A stretch of DNA of 64,000 bases from Ministeria vibrans ATCC 50519 (Eukaryota > Protista > Filasterea): contig CALSCP010002250.1 in NCBI GenBank assembly GCA_943704425.1, positions 15,736-79,735 on the forward strand, read 5' to 3'. The translations under genes were made by a program, and so were the position numbers. Under the pieces are notes generated by a model, which was not told the DNA's origin, ran no database searches, and saw only the letters and a program-made list of their open reading frames with translations. Positions 42,200-55,105 of the stretch are shown piece after piece (position 1 is the first letter of the stretch; every line of letters begins with the position of its first letter).

Positions 42200-43397
42200 A
42201 TGCTTGCCCACACCACGCTCGGACGCGTCTCGGCGCGCGTCCTGTCGCGCTGCGTGTCATCCAGCGCCGGACCCAAAATGCACAATGGAAAAGTCATCCC
42301 TTCGCTTGGCATCGGCACGTGGGGCTCAGACACCCACTCGGCAGACACCATTGCTGCTGCAGTCGACACGGCCCTCGGCATGGGCTACAAACACGTCGAT
42401 TGCGCGTCGGTGTACGGAAATCAAAATGAAATTCGACCGGTCCTTAAGCGCCACAGCGACAAGCCCATCCACGTGACGAGCAAGCTGTGGAACGACGACC
42501 ACACCAATGTCCGACACGCTTACGAGGAAACATGCGAACAGCTCGGCGTAAGACGCTCTGAAAGGCCCTCACAATCTCACTTGATCACACTGACCTTATG
42601 ACTCATACTCATTATTATGTGTTTATGTGCTCACTCACTCTGTTCTTTCTTCTCTCTCATTCAGCGCAAACCTGATCTCTACTTGATCCACTGGCCCTTC
42701 CGCAACTCCCACGGTGCCAATGCCCAAGGCGACTCGCGCGACTCCTCTGCCCGTCCCTTTCAACACGAACAGCTGCTTGAGACGTGGCGACAGATGGAAG
42801 GACTCGTGCGCGACGGTCTTTGCTCCGCTATTGGTGTCTCCAACCTCTCCACAGTCAAGCTACAGAAGCTTCTTGACAAGTGCCAGATTCCTCCAGCTGC
42901 TCTGCAGGGTGAAATTCACCCGTACTTTCACCAACGTGCGCTTCAACCCTGCCCCTCCCTCTTCTTTCTTAACTCTTGTTCCCCCCCTCCCCCCCCTTTT
43001 TTTTGTATTAGAGTCCCTGGTGGATATGTGCCGACAACACGGGATTGTTGTGACGGCGTCGCAACCGCTGGGAGGAGGCGATCGGCCCGCACGTGACCGC
43101 TCCTCGGACGATCCCGCATCGCCACTCACTGACCCTACCATTGTCGGACTCGCACGCGGCACTGTGTCGGCCGCTCAGGTCATTTTGAAGTGGCACATTC
43201 AACGAGGCATTGTGGCCATTCCAAAGGGAGTCAATGACGAACAAGTCAGTGACAATTTGCGATCGCTTGAGCTGACTCTCTCCGACGCCGAAATGCGCAC
43301 TATGAACGCACTCGATCGAAACCACAGACTCACCAAGGGCCAAGTCTTCTCTTGGGTGCAGGGTCAGAATTGGAAGGAACTGTGGGATGAACAATAA
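42200..43397 (+). CDS. Aldo-keto reductase with probable mitochondrial presequence, 3 exons
   Basis: IPSLGIGTWG; catalytic tetrad in HVDCASVYGN / TSKLWN / LIHWP; IGVSN; AQVILKWHIQRGIVAIPK; Arg/Ser-rich acid-free N-terminus. Confidence 0.93.
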
Positions 43398-43558
43398 AAA
43401 CAACTGAACAATGACCAAACGAGTCTATTTACATTAAGATCTAAGATCCCTATCAATTATCATTATTATTATATTATTCTCTAAATCAGGCCAAGCGGCA
43501 ACTCCAGCGCGCGCGCCCCCCCCCCCCTTCCCATTGCACCCTTTGCATCGCTGCTGGC

Positions 43559-46500
43559 ATGGGCACGCCGCGCATCCTATTCGGGCTGCTTGGCGTTCTC
43601 TGCGGTCTTGCGGGAACGCACGCTGCATGCCAACCGTCGCTCGCGCGGGACTACCGCACCTGCATCAGCGAGGTCTGCATCAGCCAGTGCGACTTTCTCC
43701 TTGGCTGCACCACAGGCTGCTCGTGTGGCGGCCTCGCGTGCAAGTCGGGCACGTCTGCGGTGTTTCCCGGCGGCGCGCCCTTCTCATCGTCCATCAGCCC
43801 GTCCTGCGTCTGCGACGCGCTCTGCGGCAGCAACGCTTGTGGTGTTGGCACTTGCTACCAAAAGGTCGCCGACTGCCATTGTGCCGGCTACGTCGCAGAC
43901 GGCAGGTGAGCGTTTTCTTGCCCCGTTTTCATTCCGTGTTTGAGAGTGAAACCAACCGACTCTTCTTCGACAATGCCAAGCCGTCCACGCTCGGCCTCCT
44001 TTCCATCTCGCTTCACTTGCACCTCCTCCCTTAGCCCTGGCTGTCGCATCTGCCTCACACTGCCGTGTCTTGTTGTAGATCTTGCAAGGTCTTAACGTGT
44101 CCCATCACCGACGACATGAACCACGCCTCTCCGCCGCAGGTCGTCGGTCCCAACGGCCCCACAGGCGTCTACATTGACTCGGTAGACTACGACGAAACGG
44201 CCATCTTCACTTGCGACACAGGTTTGGGATAATTAGCGACACTCAATACTCACACTCAAGTTCTTCCTTTCTGCTTCCCTCCTCTCCAGGCTACCGCATC
44301 AAACCCAACATCTACTCCATTTCAAGGGTGTGCTCCTGCACCTCGAGGTAAACATGGTCACTTCTTTGTTTTTGCTTTTAACCTCAAGTCTGTCTGCGTT
44401 AGTAACTCGTGTGCACTGTCAGAACCTGCTCTACAGTGTGTCCCTGTGACCTGTGGCGCCTCTCCCTCCGTCCTCTATGCCACCCAGACCCCGCCAGATG
44501 CCAGCTTTCTCAGCTACAACAAACCCATCACGTACAGCTGCGACGCAGGCTTCACCCTCGACGGTAAAGTCGACGGAGCCACCTCGTTCACCCTCGACTG
44601 TGGTCCCACCGGTGAAATTATCGGCAATCAGAACGCCGAATGCCTTGCCATCCGATGCGGTCTTCCCCCAGCCATTGTTCCCGGCTCGGGTGTGACCACA
44701 AACAAACAGGAGGTGCTCTCCTACGGCCAGAGCGCCACCTACCACTGCCCGTCGGGTTACTCGTGGGACGGTCTCACGCCCCTCTCGTTGTCCAACACGG
44801 CCAAGAACATCCATTGCCTTGTTGACGGCAGCTTCTCGGATGTCTCGCCCGGCTCCTGCTCCCAGGCCTACTGTTCAGGCGCCCCCGCAACCACCACACA
44901 CGCACAGCTCGTCGACCCGTCGCCTGTGCCAGTGGGCGGCTCTGCTCTCTACCAGTGCAATGAGAACACCACCTCCTCCAGCGTTGGCTTTGCCTTCCCG
45001 GCCGGCACCACCTCCTTTACCATACAGTGTCTTGCTACCGGCCAGTTTGACATCTCTTCTCAAGTTCACGACTGTTTTCCCGTCGTCTGCTCGCCCACTC
45101 TTCCCGCTGATCTCTCCCCTCTCGCTCTTCCTTCGACTCCCTTTCCAACTCCCTCAAAGCCCCTCGTCACGCAAACCGCCATTTTTACGTGCCCCGCCAA
45201 CTACACCACCACCAGCGTTGGCACGGATTTTGGGGGTGTTCAAGACATCCCCATTACGTGTCCGTGGTCGGGCATTCTCACTGCAGCTGCGGGCACCTCT
45301 ACTCAATGCCTCCCCGTCTCCTGCTCGCTCGCCCAACTCAACGCGGTCTCTCTCTACATTCAAATACCCATCGACACTATCAACTCGGCCGCCTCCGTCA
45401 ACTCGCTCACCCCTGGTTTTCGCGTCGAGTGCGCCCCTGGCTTTGATCCTGCCTCTTTCTACCTGCGCTGCCTTCCCACTGGCCGCATCGACACCGCGCC
45501 CGTCTTCTCGCATTGCCTCATCTCTTCCTGCGCCATTCCACCCCTCTCCAACATTGCAACGCCCCTCCCGAGCCAACTCTCCTCAGGCACGTCCATTGTC
45601 GCAGACTGCCGGCCCAACACAAGCACCGATGGCCTTGCGCGTGTCGCCACGAACTCACGATTCACCATGACGTGCACAGTCGGTGTACTTGAGGGCGCCT
45701 CACACTGCATTCCCATTCCGTGCCCCATCGTCCCTAACAATCTACTCACGGCCACCCCTGCACAGTCGTTTGGCTATGTCGCCGGCGACTCGTACACCTA
45801 CACATGCGCTCCCAACGCAGCACTTCTCAATGGTCTTCCCAACACCATTACCTGTCTCCAGGATGCCCAGTGGTCTCTTCCATCGGGCTCGTGCGTTGCC
45901 TCTGCCTGCGGCGCCATACCCAATGCAACGCACGCGTCCACCACCACCACCACTGTGCCCGGCATAGGCTCAACCGTTTCGTACACATGCGACACCGGCT
46001 ACACTCTCAACGGCTTCTCTTATGGCTCTGCCGCATCCGCCATTCTCTGCACCTCCACAGGTTCCTACTCGCCACCCACCCCCCGCGACTGTTTTCCCAT
46101 CAGCTGCGGCGCACCTCCCTCCCTCAACAATGCCTCGCCCATGAATACCACTCTGCCTGCGACGCTTACCTACGCCGACGGCCCGCTAACCTACGTCTGC
46201 GCCCATGGCTATGTTTCCTCTCTACTCGCCTCATCCACCGTCTCTGTGTCCTGTCTCGCCACGGGTCTCTTCTCATCGGACCACTGCGAGCCTATTTCGT
46301 GCCCAGCTGCCCCATCTCAACCTTTCTCCATCTTCAGCCCCTCTACACAGGTCTCATTGGGCGCGTCTGTCACTTACTTTTGTCTCCCAGGTTACAACAC
46401 ACCCTCCTCGATGGCGCAGTTCACGGTTACCTGCCAAGTGTCAGGTACATACACCAACGCAAGTGTGTGCGAGCCCGTCGTCTGTGGTCCTGCACCCCTC

Positions 46501-49500
46501 TTCGCCTTTGCAAACAACCACACTATCGTCAATAGCGTCTCAGGTGAGCCCATCGCAGTTACCCCAACAACTCCCGTCGTCTTTGGTCAGTCTGTTCTCT
46601 ACACCTGTGCGCCCGGCTACACCCTGTACGGCACGACCTACTCATTGGTGTGTAGCGACTCGGGCATGTTCACGCAATCAGCTGTCGCCTGTGCGCCCGT
46701 TTCGTGCGGTCTCTCGGTGCCTGACGTAGCGCACACACACGTTGAAGTGGGTCGCAGTGAGCCCTACACCTTTGGTGAACACGGTGTTCTTGTCTGTGAT
46801 CAAGGATACTCCCAAGTGAGCGGTAACGGCTCCTTTGTCTGCAGTGTCTCGGGTGCCTTCATTATGGAAAATCCTCTTTCATGCATCGCTTCGGTCTGCA
46901 CTACACCGCCCAACACTGAAAACGCCACCACCACTGCACCTGGCGCACTTGTTGGTGTCTTGAGTACCATTGAGTTCACGTGCCGTCCGGGTCTTGTAGG
47001 CTCCTACTCGTACCGTTGCCTTGCACAGGACACCCTGTCGGCGCCCCAACCTGATCCCACCTCGACTTGCCGTCCTTGTGTCTGCTCTGCATCCGAACCC
47101 GAGATTTCCCATGCCACTCTCAATACGGCAGCAAGCGGGACTCCCCTCGAGTTTGGTGCCACACCGCTCGAATATACCTGCAACGCTGGCTATGTGCTCA
47201 CGGCCGCACCGCAGTCAAACTCATCGGCACCGACCACTCTCACGGCTGGCTGTGACTCTGCATGTCAAGTGGTTCACAGTGGCGTCTGCTTGCCCATTTC
47301 GTGCGGTGTAGCTCCCGTAGCAAGTCACGCCACCCGCACAGGACTCACTGCTGTCACCTTTACTGCACAAGCAGTCTACGTGTGCGACACGGGCTACGAG
47401 ACGGCGACCGGCACAGACTTTTTCTCGGTTGTGTGCCAAGCAGACGGGACTTTCTCGTCGCCCAGCCACCCTGGCGGCTGCCAAGCTGTCTCGTGTGCGC
47501 CCGAGCCACCTGCCATGGCCCTGGCCGATGGCCCTGTTTGCTCTTCCTCCAGTCTTACCTTTGGCACGACATGTGAGTACCAGTGTCAGGCAGGCGTGTC
47601 GTCGGGCGGCGCTTTCAATCGTACCTGCACTGCTTCGGGCGAATGGAACAATGCCGTTGCGCAATGCTCCCTCTCGGCCTGCCCTTTCGCTCCAGCATAT
47701 GCCAATGCCCTGGTCAACTGCACGGGTGCATCGCACGGGGACACATGCAAGTACACCTGCGAACCTGGCTTCGTTGCCAACGCACTGACGCTGCAGTGTG
47801 TCACGTCAGCGTGGTCGCCCGCCAATGCGCCCTTTGAATGCGTGCCCATTTCGTGTGGACTCCCGCCGACCGTTGTCAATGCGCAATTACTCTTGACGAC
47901 CAATATTACCTTTGGTCAACAGGCACACTACACATGTGACTCGGGCTACGATGACAGTTCGGCACTCACTGCCTTTTCTCTTGCCTGTCTTGCATCTGGC
48001 TCCTTTGCCTCGGTGCCCACCCCGGCATGCTTGCCCGTCTCGTGTGGTGTCCCACCTAGTGTACCCTTGAGTTCACGCAGCACTACGGTATCACGCGTCT
48101 TTGGCGACCCACCTGTGGTGTACACATGCAATACGGGCCACGGACTACGCTCCAACTCGTCCTTGTCGACATTTACACGCTCCTGCCAAGCTTCAGGCTC
48201 CTTTTCGCCTGCACTTGACTGTACCGTGCGGCTTTGTCCTCTCTCGGATGTGAGCCACGCCACAAGTGCTGCCGCCAGTGACTCGCTGCAATACCCCGAG
48301 TCCACATCGTTCACTTGTGACACCGGCTACACCACCAATGGCATTGTAGGCGGCAGCAACTTCTTTTTGGCACAGTGTCTTGCCGACGGCTCTCTTTCGC
48401 TTGCGAGCTCCGCCTCATGCAAGCCCATTTCGTGTGGCTCGAGTGCGCCGCCCATCAGCAACTCGGTGCACTCTCCCGCAGGCGTTTTCATCTCCCTCGG
48501 CGACATCATCACGTACACATGTGACACGGGCTTTTCTCCTCCCTCCTTTCAGCGTGTCTGCACGGCCACTGGTACCCTTGACAATCCATCGCAGCAATGC
48601 TTGCGTGTCTCGTGTGGGCGTCCCCCCGTACTCCCCGAGGCGAATACCACGAGTGCGTACACTGCTGCGTTTTTTGCCGACTCTATCACGTACACGTGTA
48701 ATGCGGGCTACTCTCTCACAGGCACCGCGCAGGGTGCCACGTCGTTTCAGCTGGACTGTGCTAGCAGCGGTTCGTTCAACACGACGAATTTACCGTCGTG
48801 CGTGCGTGTCTTGTGTGGTCTGGTACCAGTGAAAGCCGATGCGACTGCGTCGCTTTCACTTACTGATCAGCTCTTCTTTGGCGATGCTGTCACCTACTCG
48901 TGCCACTCTGGTTTCGCTGTGGCCCCTACTAATGAACAGTCGTTCTCCGTGAGCTGCCTTGCCTCTGGTCAGCTGTCCAATGGTGCCGCAGCGTGCACCA
49001 ATGTGTCATGTGCCGACGCACTTAATATCACACTCGGTGGTGGTGCGCTTGTGAATCCTCTGGACAGTACATTGGTGTACCCAAATGCTAGGGAGTATCG
49101 TTGTCCCGAGGGCCACAGCATTTCGGGTGCGGCGAGCGGGGCACAGTCGCTGTATCTCAGCTGCGGCGCAGACGGTGTCGCACGTGTGCTTCCGTCCAGC
49201 TCGGCCCGTTGCCAGCCCATTGCCTGTGACACGACTCTCGCCGCGCAACTCACAGGCGATCCTTCCTCCAGCACCATTTCATCGCTTGTCTTTGGCGATG
49301 CGCCCGTTGCATTTACCTGTGCCGGCGTGGTGGGGCACGAAGGTGGCGGTGCCGTTGAGTGTCTTGCCAACGGCACGCTCTCCGTAACACCCGCCAATGG
49401 TAAGTGTGTGCCCGTCACATGCCCTGCGCTACCCACGCCAGCGCACTCTGTTGCGCCGATCGCTCCCGTTCTCGCCACTCCATTCCCCGTGGAGGTTGCC

Positions 49501-52500
49501 TTTGTGTGTGAATCCGGCTATGTTGGTGGTGGCGTGAGCACATGCAATGCGAACCGCACGTGGACCGTGTCGGGTGCGTGTATTGCACGCTCCTGTGGTG
49601 TGCTACCAACTGTTTTGCACGCGAGCGCCAACATCTCCAGCAGTTCGTCCGTTTTCTTTGGTCAGGCGGCCATTGAGTACAGCTGTGATGCGGGCTACAC
49701 CACGACTGCAGTGGGCGGTACCACCAACAGTTCCCCGACACGCGCCATTGTCACCTGTGAGTCGACTGGCACCTTTTCGACTTTGCCTACGTGCTACCGG
49801 GTCGCATGCAACGGGACGCTTCTCCCAACTGTGACACATGGAATCGCGCCGTTTATGAGTGGCGATTCGAATCTAGTGAATGAGGGCACTACCATCACGT
49901 ACAACTGCTTGTCAGGCTACACTCGTCTTGGAGCGACTGTGACACTTGTGTGTGATGCTGCAACAGGCACTTTTGTAGCGGCGAATAGCACGAGCAGCAG
50001 TGCGACTGCGTGTGAGGCCATTGTGTGTGATGCAGGCGATGGTGTCTCTCTGGCATTTGGTGCTTCTCCACTGGTGCGCACCTGCCCAACGGGTCATTCA
50101 CTTTCGGGCACTTTTGGTGGGCCTACCACTTACGAGCAACGCTGTGAACTATCGGGTGTCATGACCGCTCCGCCCGCGTGTCTCCCCGTTGCGTGTGACG
50201 GCTCTTCGCTCGTCTTCAACGAGACTGCCTCGCTGCCGTGTGCGACGAACACCACATTGGATGGTGTTGCAGGGTCGTCGCGTGCGCGTGAGCAACGCTG
50301 TCTCGCCGACGGCACACTGTCGCCGTTGCCACAGTGTTTGCCCATCAGCTGTGGAATTGCGTCATCGAGTGGTCTTGCCCATGCCAACCTTGAGAATGCT
50401 GTCTCGCTTGTCGTCGGTGAAGAGGCAATGTATGTGTGCGACGCAGGCTTTGATGCAGTGCTGACTGCGACGGGTGCTGTGGCAGGCACGACTCTCACCC
50501 AAGAATGTCTTGTGACGGGTCTTTTTTCGTCTCTCAAGGGCACCTGCGAGCGTCGCGTGTGCCCCGCTGTGCCATCGGTGGCCAATGCGACACTCATTGC
50601 CGCTACCGGTCCTACCGACGGTACTGCGCGCTACAATGACACTTTCACCTTCCAGTGTGCCCTTGGCTTTACTCCAACCACTCTTCAAGTGACGTGCACT
50701 CCCTCCGGCGCACTCAGCACCATCGAGTGTGCCCCCGTTGCCTGTGGCCTTCCACCCCCAATCAACTTTGCTCAGTCGCGCGTGTCCACCACCACGTCGG
50801 TGCATTATCCACAACTCATTGGCTATGACTGTCTTGAGAACCGCACATTGGACAGTTTTGCGTCGGGTCCACGCTCCTTTGACATTGCCTGTCTCACTTC
50901 AGGGTACGAAATTGTCGAAGCGTTGTTTGTGTTTTTGACTCGTTTTTTTGAAACTGTTAGGGAATTTTCTGCTTTGCCGGAATGCCAACGCATCCAGTGT
51001 GGCACTGCGCCTGTGCCCAGTGTGCACGATAACGCGGTGGCTTTTTCGACGACTACAATTGTGTATGTGGGCGAAGAAGCACTGTACGAGTGCAATCCAG
51101 ACTATGTGATTGTGGCGACCAATGCTACGTCGTTTCACATGACGTGTCTGGCGAGTGGTGAGTTTGAGTATGGAGGTAATATAACACTGGCGGGGTGGTG
51201 TGAGCTCCGTGATGGTGCTGGTGTGTCGCCCACGGGCAAAGCCTCGCCGCCCACGTCGAGTGGCTCGGCAAGTTCGTCGTCGACGGCCGTGGGTGCCGCT
51301 GTGGCTGTGTCGCTCTGTGTGGTGGTTCTCGTTGTGGTGTTGGTGGTGTTTTTGCGGCGGCGTGCACGTCGAAAGGAAGAGTGGCGTCGCGAGAAGAATC
51401 CGGTGCTGTTGGCGACGGGGCGCTCGTCGATAAGCAGTGGTCATGAGATGATACCGCTGTCGGAACTGTCAGACCGAGAGACCGCCGATGAGTTGTTGAG
51501 ACAGAATGGACATATGACGGCGGGTGGCGCAGCTATTTCTGCCGCTACTGCTGGTGGTGGCGGTGGTGGTGGAGCGCGTCAGACAGGATTGATGCCAAGT
51601 GCGCAGACGGGTGGTGTGGCATTGCGCACCAATTCAGGTGTCCTTGCGTATGGCGGATCACTGTTGTACAACAATGCACTTGCCACCAAACCCAGTGCCT
51701 CTTCTGGTGCTGATGATGTCGTTGGTGGCAAGAGTGATCCTCTCAAAATTGAGCCTCTATACGACTACAGTGACCCTATGAGTCATGTTCAGGCGAAGGA
51801 AGAGCCAGTGGTGACCATTGACAGTCAGTCGGTGACCGAGATGGAACTTGAAGCGTACACCCAGTGCAGTTATGTGACTGCGGCAAGCATCCGGAAGGAG
51901 GCTTTCTCTCCCCGTAACCAGTACCGTCGTGCCAACCCATATCTTGAATACGACGACACGGCGACGAAACAACAAAAAGCAGCCGCAGCAGCAGCAGCAG
52001 AGTCTGCAGCCGAAACTGCAGCAGAATCTGCCTCCGCAGTGACTCTCAAGCGACAGCCCATTGACGTCGACCTGGTACGTGAACCGGGCGATGACTACAA
52101 GACGTACGACAACTTTCGACGGGCGTACGGTGCGCAGACACGCATGCGGACCATGTACGCGACCATTCACAACAAGCAGAAGGAGAAACGACCGGCCAAT
52201 CCATTTGCTGCCAATGGGACGTCGCAAGAGACGTACTCTGAGCTGTTGAGTGCGGGTGAGAGCAACGGAATCTCTGTTGCTCTGACGCCCGAGCACCAGT
52301 CTTTGATGGCCTCGCTTGTCTTTGCGGGTCTGCAACTGGCGCGGCATCGCATCTCTGCCGAAATGGAGATTGGTCGCGGACAGTTTGGAGTGGTGTTTAG
52401 CGGGAAGTTGTCGGGAGTGGGCGACGTGGCGATCAAAATGTTGACTATGCAAGGCGGAAGCAGTGAGAGCGAACTGCGCGGCGAGCTTCTACGCGAGGCC

Positions 52501-53367
52501 AAGTTTATGGCACCGCTTAAGCACAGCAATGTGGTGCGGTTGATGGGTGTGTGCGTCCCTGAGGAGCCTTGGCTGATTGTGACGGAGTATTGTGCTTTTG
52601 GTGATTTGCGGACGTTTATGCGGGCCATGGCGACTGCAGTGGGACTGACAGAGAATGTGAGTGTGGCGGAGCGCATGCGCATGGCGATGCAAGTTGCTGA
52701 TGGCATGGCCTATCTCGTCAGCCTCAATGTGGTTCATAGAGACGTAAGACTGACAGACGGAGAGAGTGATAGTGAGTGAGCGTATATGAGTGAGAGAGAG
52801 ACAGAGAGGAGAGGAGAAATATTGTGTGCGATTGAGACTCGAATTATCTTATTTTGTCTTTTGTAGTTGGCTGCTCGAAACTGTCTTGTGGCAAACGACT
52901 CGACTGTCAAAGTGTCGGACTTTGGAATGTCGCGCCTGACGACGCAGCAAAACGAAGACGGCGAGGACATCTACCGGATGCGTACGGTGCAGCGGGTGCC
53001 AGTGCGCTGGATGGCTCCCGAGTCATTGGACTACCGAGTGTATGGTGAACGGTCCGATGTGTGGTCGTACGGCGTACTGTACTGGGAGCTGGCGACGTGG
53101 GGGACACTGCGCCCATACAGTGGCATTGAACTGCGACGTATTCCCAGCTATCTGCGGCAAGGAAAGCGCCTGAGCCGCCCTGAGCTGTCTACCGCCGAAG
53201 AGTATGAACTCATGCTGGCGACGTGGGACAAGAACCCTGCGGCGCGGCCCTCCTTTGCCGAGCTTGCTAGTGCACTGCGGCGCCTTATCCCGCAGCGTGT
53301 TGCACTGGGGGACCTTGATCGTGAGCTGACGCGTGTTCTCGAGGAGTGCTCGTCGAGCTCAGTGTAA
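43559..53367 (+). CDS. Giant receptor tyrosine kinase: signal peptide, Cys-rich/EGF-like head, roughly 30-35 sushi (CCP) repeats, TM, tyrosine kinase
   Basis: Signal MGTPRILFGLLGVLCGLAGTHA; repeated C..PP...YTCD.GY...C..SG.FS...C units; TM VGAAVAVSLCVVVLVVVLVVFL followed by RRRARRK; GRGQFG, VAIK, HRD|LAARN, DFGMSR, VPVRWMAPE, SDVWSYGV. Confidence 0.93.
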
Positions 53368-53392
53368 TTAAAATGAACTTGATGTAAAAAGA

Positions 53393-53393
<1 letters not shown>

Positions 53394-53440
<47 letters not shown>
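53394..53440. repeat. (AAT)n microsatellite between convergent genes
   Basis: Directly visible. Confidence 0.95.
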
Positions 53441-53443
<3 letters not shown>

Positions 53444-53489
53444 TAAATTTGTTATACTAATAAAAAATATTTGAAAGTAGTAAATTTTA

Positions 53490-54736
53490 TTATTGCGATG
53501 CCCACTTGTGAAACAAGGCGGGCGCTTTCTCATGCTCATACAAAATCGACATTTCTCTCTCAATCGCACTCTCACTCTCTCCCTCTCTCAACATTGCACT
53601 CCGCACACACTCGCTGTACACACCCCTCCAGTTCGACGCCAACACGGTACTCGTTAACTCGGACGAGTGTCGAGTGCGCAAGTGAACACGCAGGTTGCCT
53701 GCCTGTGACACTGATTGCGAGCAGATGGCACATCGAGTGCGATACACACTCAGCACATGATACATGCCAAAATGACCACTCACATTCCTCTTTGTAAATG
53801 GTGCAGTGTCACACACCTGTCCCGTCGCCGGTCGCACCATTCGACATTTGAACCGACCATTGGACTGTCGCTCAAACGACGCGTCGAGATCCACCGCACT
53901 ACAACCACTCCCCTCTTCCTTCTCCGCCTGCGCACGCAATAGCCAACTAGCAAACGACGACGGCACTCGCTCACTCTCACGTAACAACTGCAGCTCACGC
54001 ACAATCACAGACTCACTCGCATTGCGCTCCTCCAGTTCACTTCGCACAAGTGAAGAGTACACTCTCAGCCAGTCACAGGCACGAGTGAATACATCACTGT
54101 GCGTTTGCAGCAGGTGGCGCTTCAATGTGCCTCTGACTGACGCCAGATCCTCCTTGCACACCACACAGTTGACGCGGAACACACTCCGAGGATGGCACTT
54201 TGAGAAATGATGCCCAACCCACTCAGGCACAAATCCCAGTCCCGCACACACTCGTCCGTCCACCNNNNNNNCGCCACTTCTCCCTCAACGTCCTCCTCTT
54301 CTCCGTTGCGCTCCAATGCCGCACGCACCTCTCGCAGGTAGACCGTCTTCCACCCTCCATCCTCCAGCGGACTGCGTTTCATGACGGTGGCTGTGAATGT
54401 GTTGCTGTGATGTGAAGCAAAGTGACGTTTGAGCGCGTTCCCACCAACAAACGAATTGCAGACGACACAAACAACGCGGTGCTTGCTCGTGGGATGGCAA
54501 ATGGTAAAATGATCCCGCACACCCTCGCCCACAAACCCCTTCGACCGACATGGCTCTCCATCGGCTGTAGGAAAGCGACACACAATCTTTCCGTTGGCGC
54601 CCAATGCAAAACAAGCGCCAATCTCACTTGGCGGATCCGTCCGGCATCGTTCGCCCGTCTCCGACATCATCAGCTCCATGTTGTACGCATACGCACGACC
54701 GGCTGCCACTGCGACGCGGTCCCACGGTTCGCTCAT
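53490..54736 (-). CDS. Protein with three tandem double-zinc-finger modules (BED/C2H2-like), interrupted by gap 54265-54271
   Basis: Each module: C-x9/10-C-x12-H-x4-H, then C-x2-C-x11/13-H-x4-H, then W..VY...VR..L/M..E..RE helix. Seen in ORFs 54122..54748 and 53490..54263. Confidence 0.75.
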
Positions 54737-55105
54737 CTTATCCTTCAAATAATATGGTGAAATCGATTGTGATTTAAGATTTTAAGAAACGTTCTTCAAG
54801 AATAATAATATGAATTAATTAATTATTACTATTATAGTTGATGTGCCTGAAATAATTGAGAGTTGTCAGCTGAGTGAGCTGACTGAGCTGAGACGTATTT
54901 CGACTGATCAGTGATCACAGATCAAATTCGAGATTTTTCAACTTTCTAAAAAGAATCACCAAAATTGACACAACACTTAATAGTGACCAAAATATCACCA
55001 AATGCCTGCCAGATTAAAAAGAAGTTTGGGTTTTACCTGTCTTATCAGTGGCAATATAGATCCTTGAAATATAATAATTAATTACATTGTTTTTGTTTAT
55101 TTGTC

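Noticed and set aside
52735-52880. RTK ORF ends after HRD, suggesting a pseudokinase or truncation
   Set aside because: A GTAAGA...TTGTAG intron joins HRD to LAARN.
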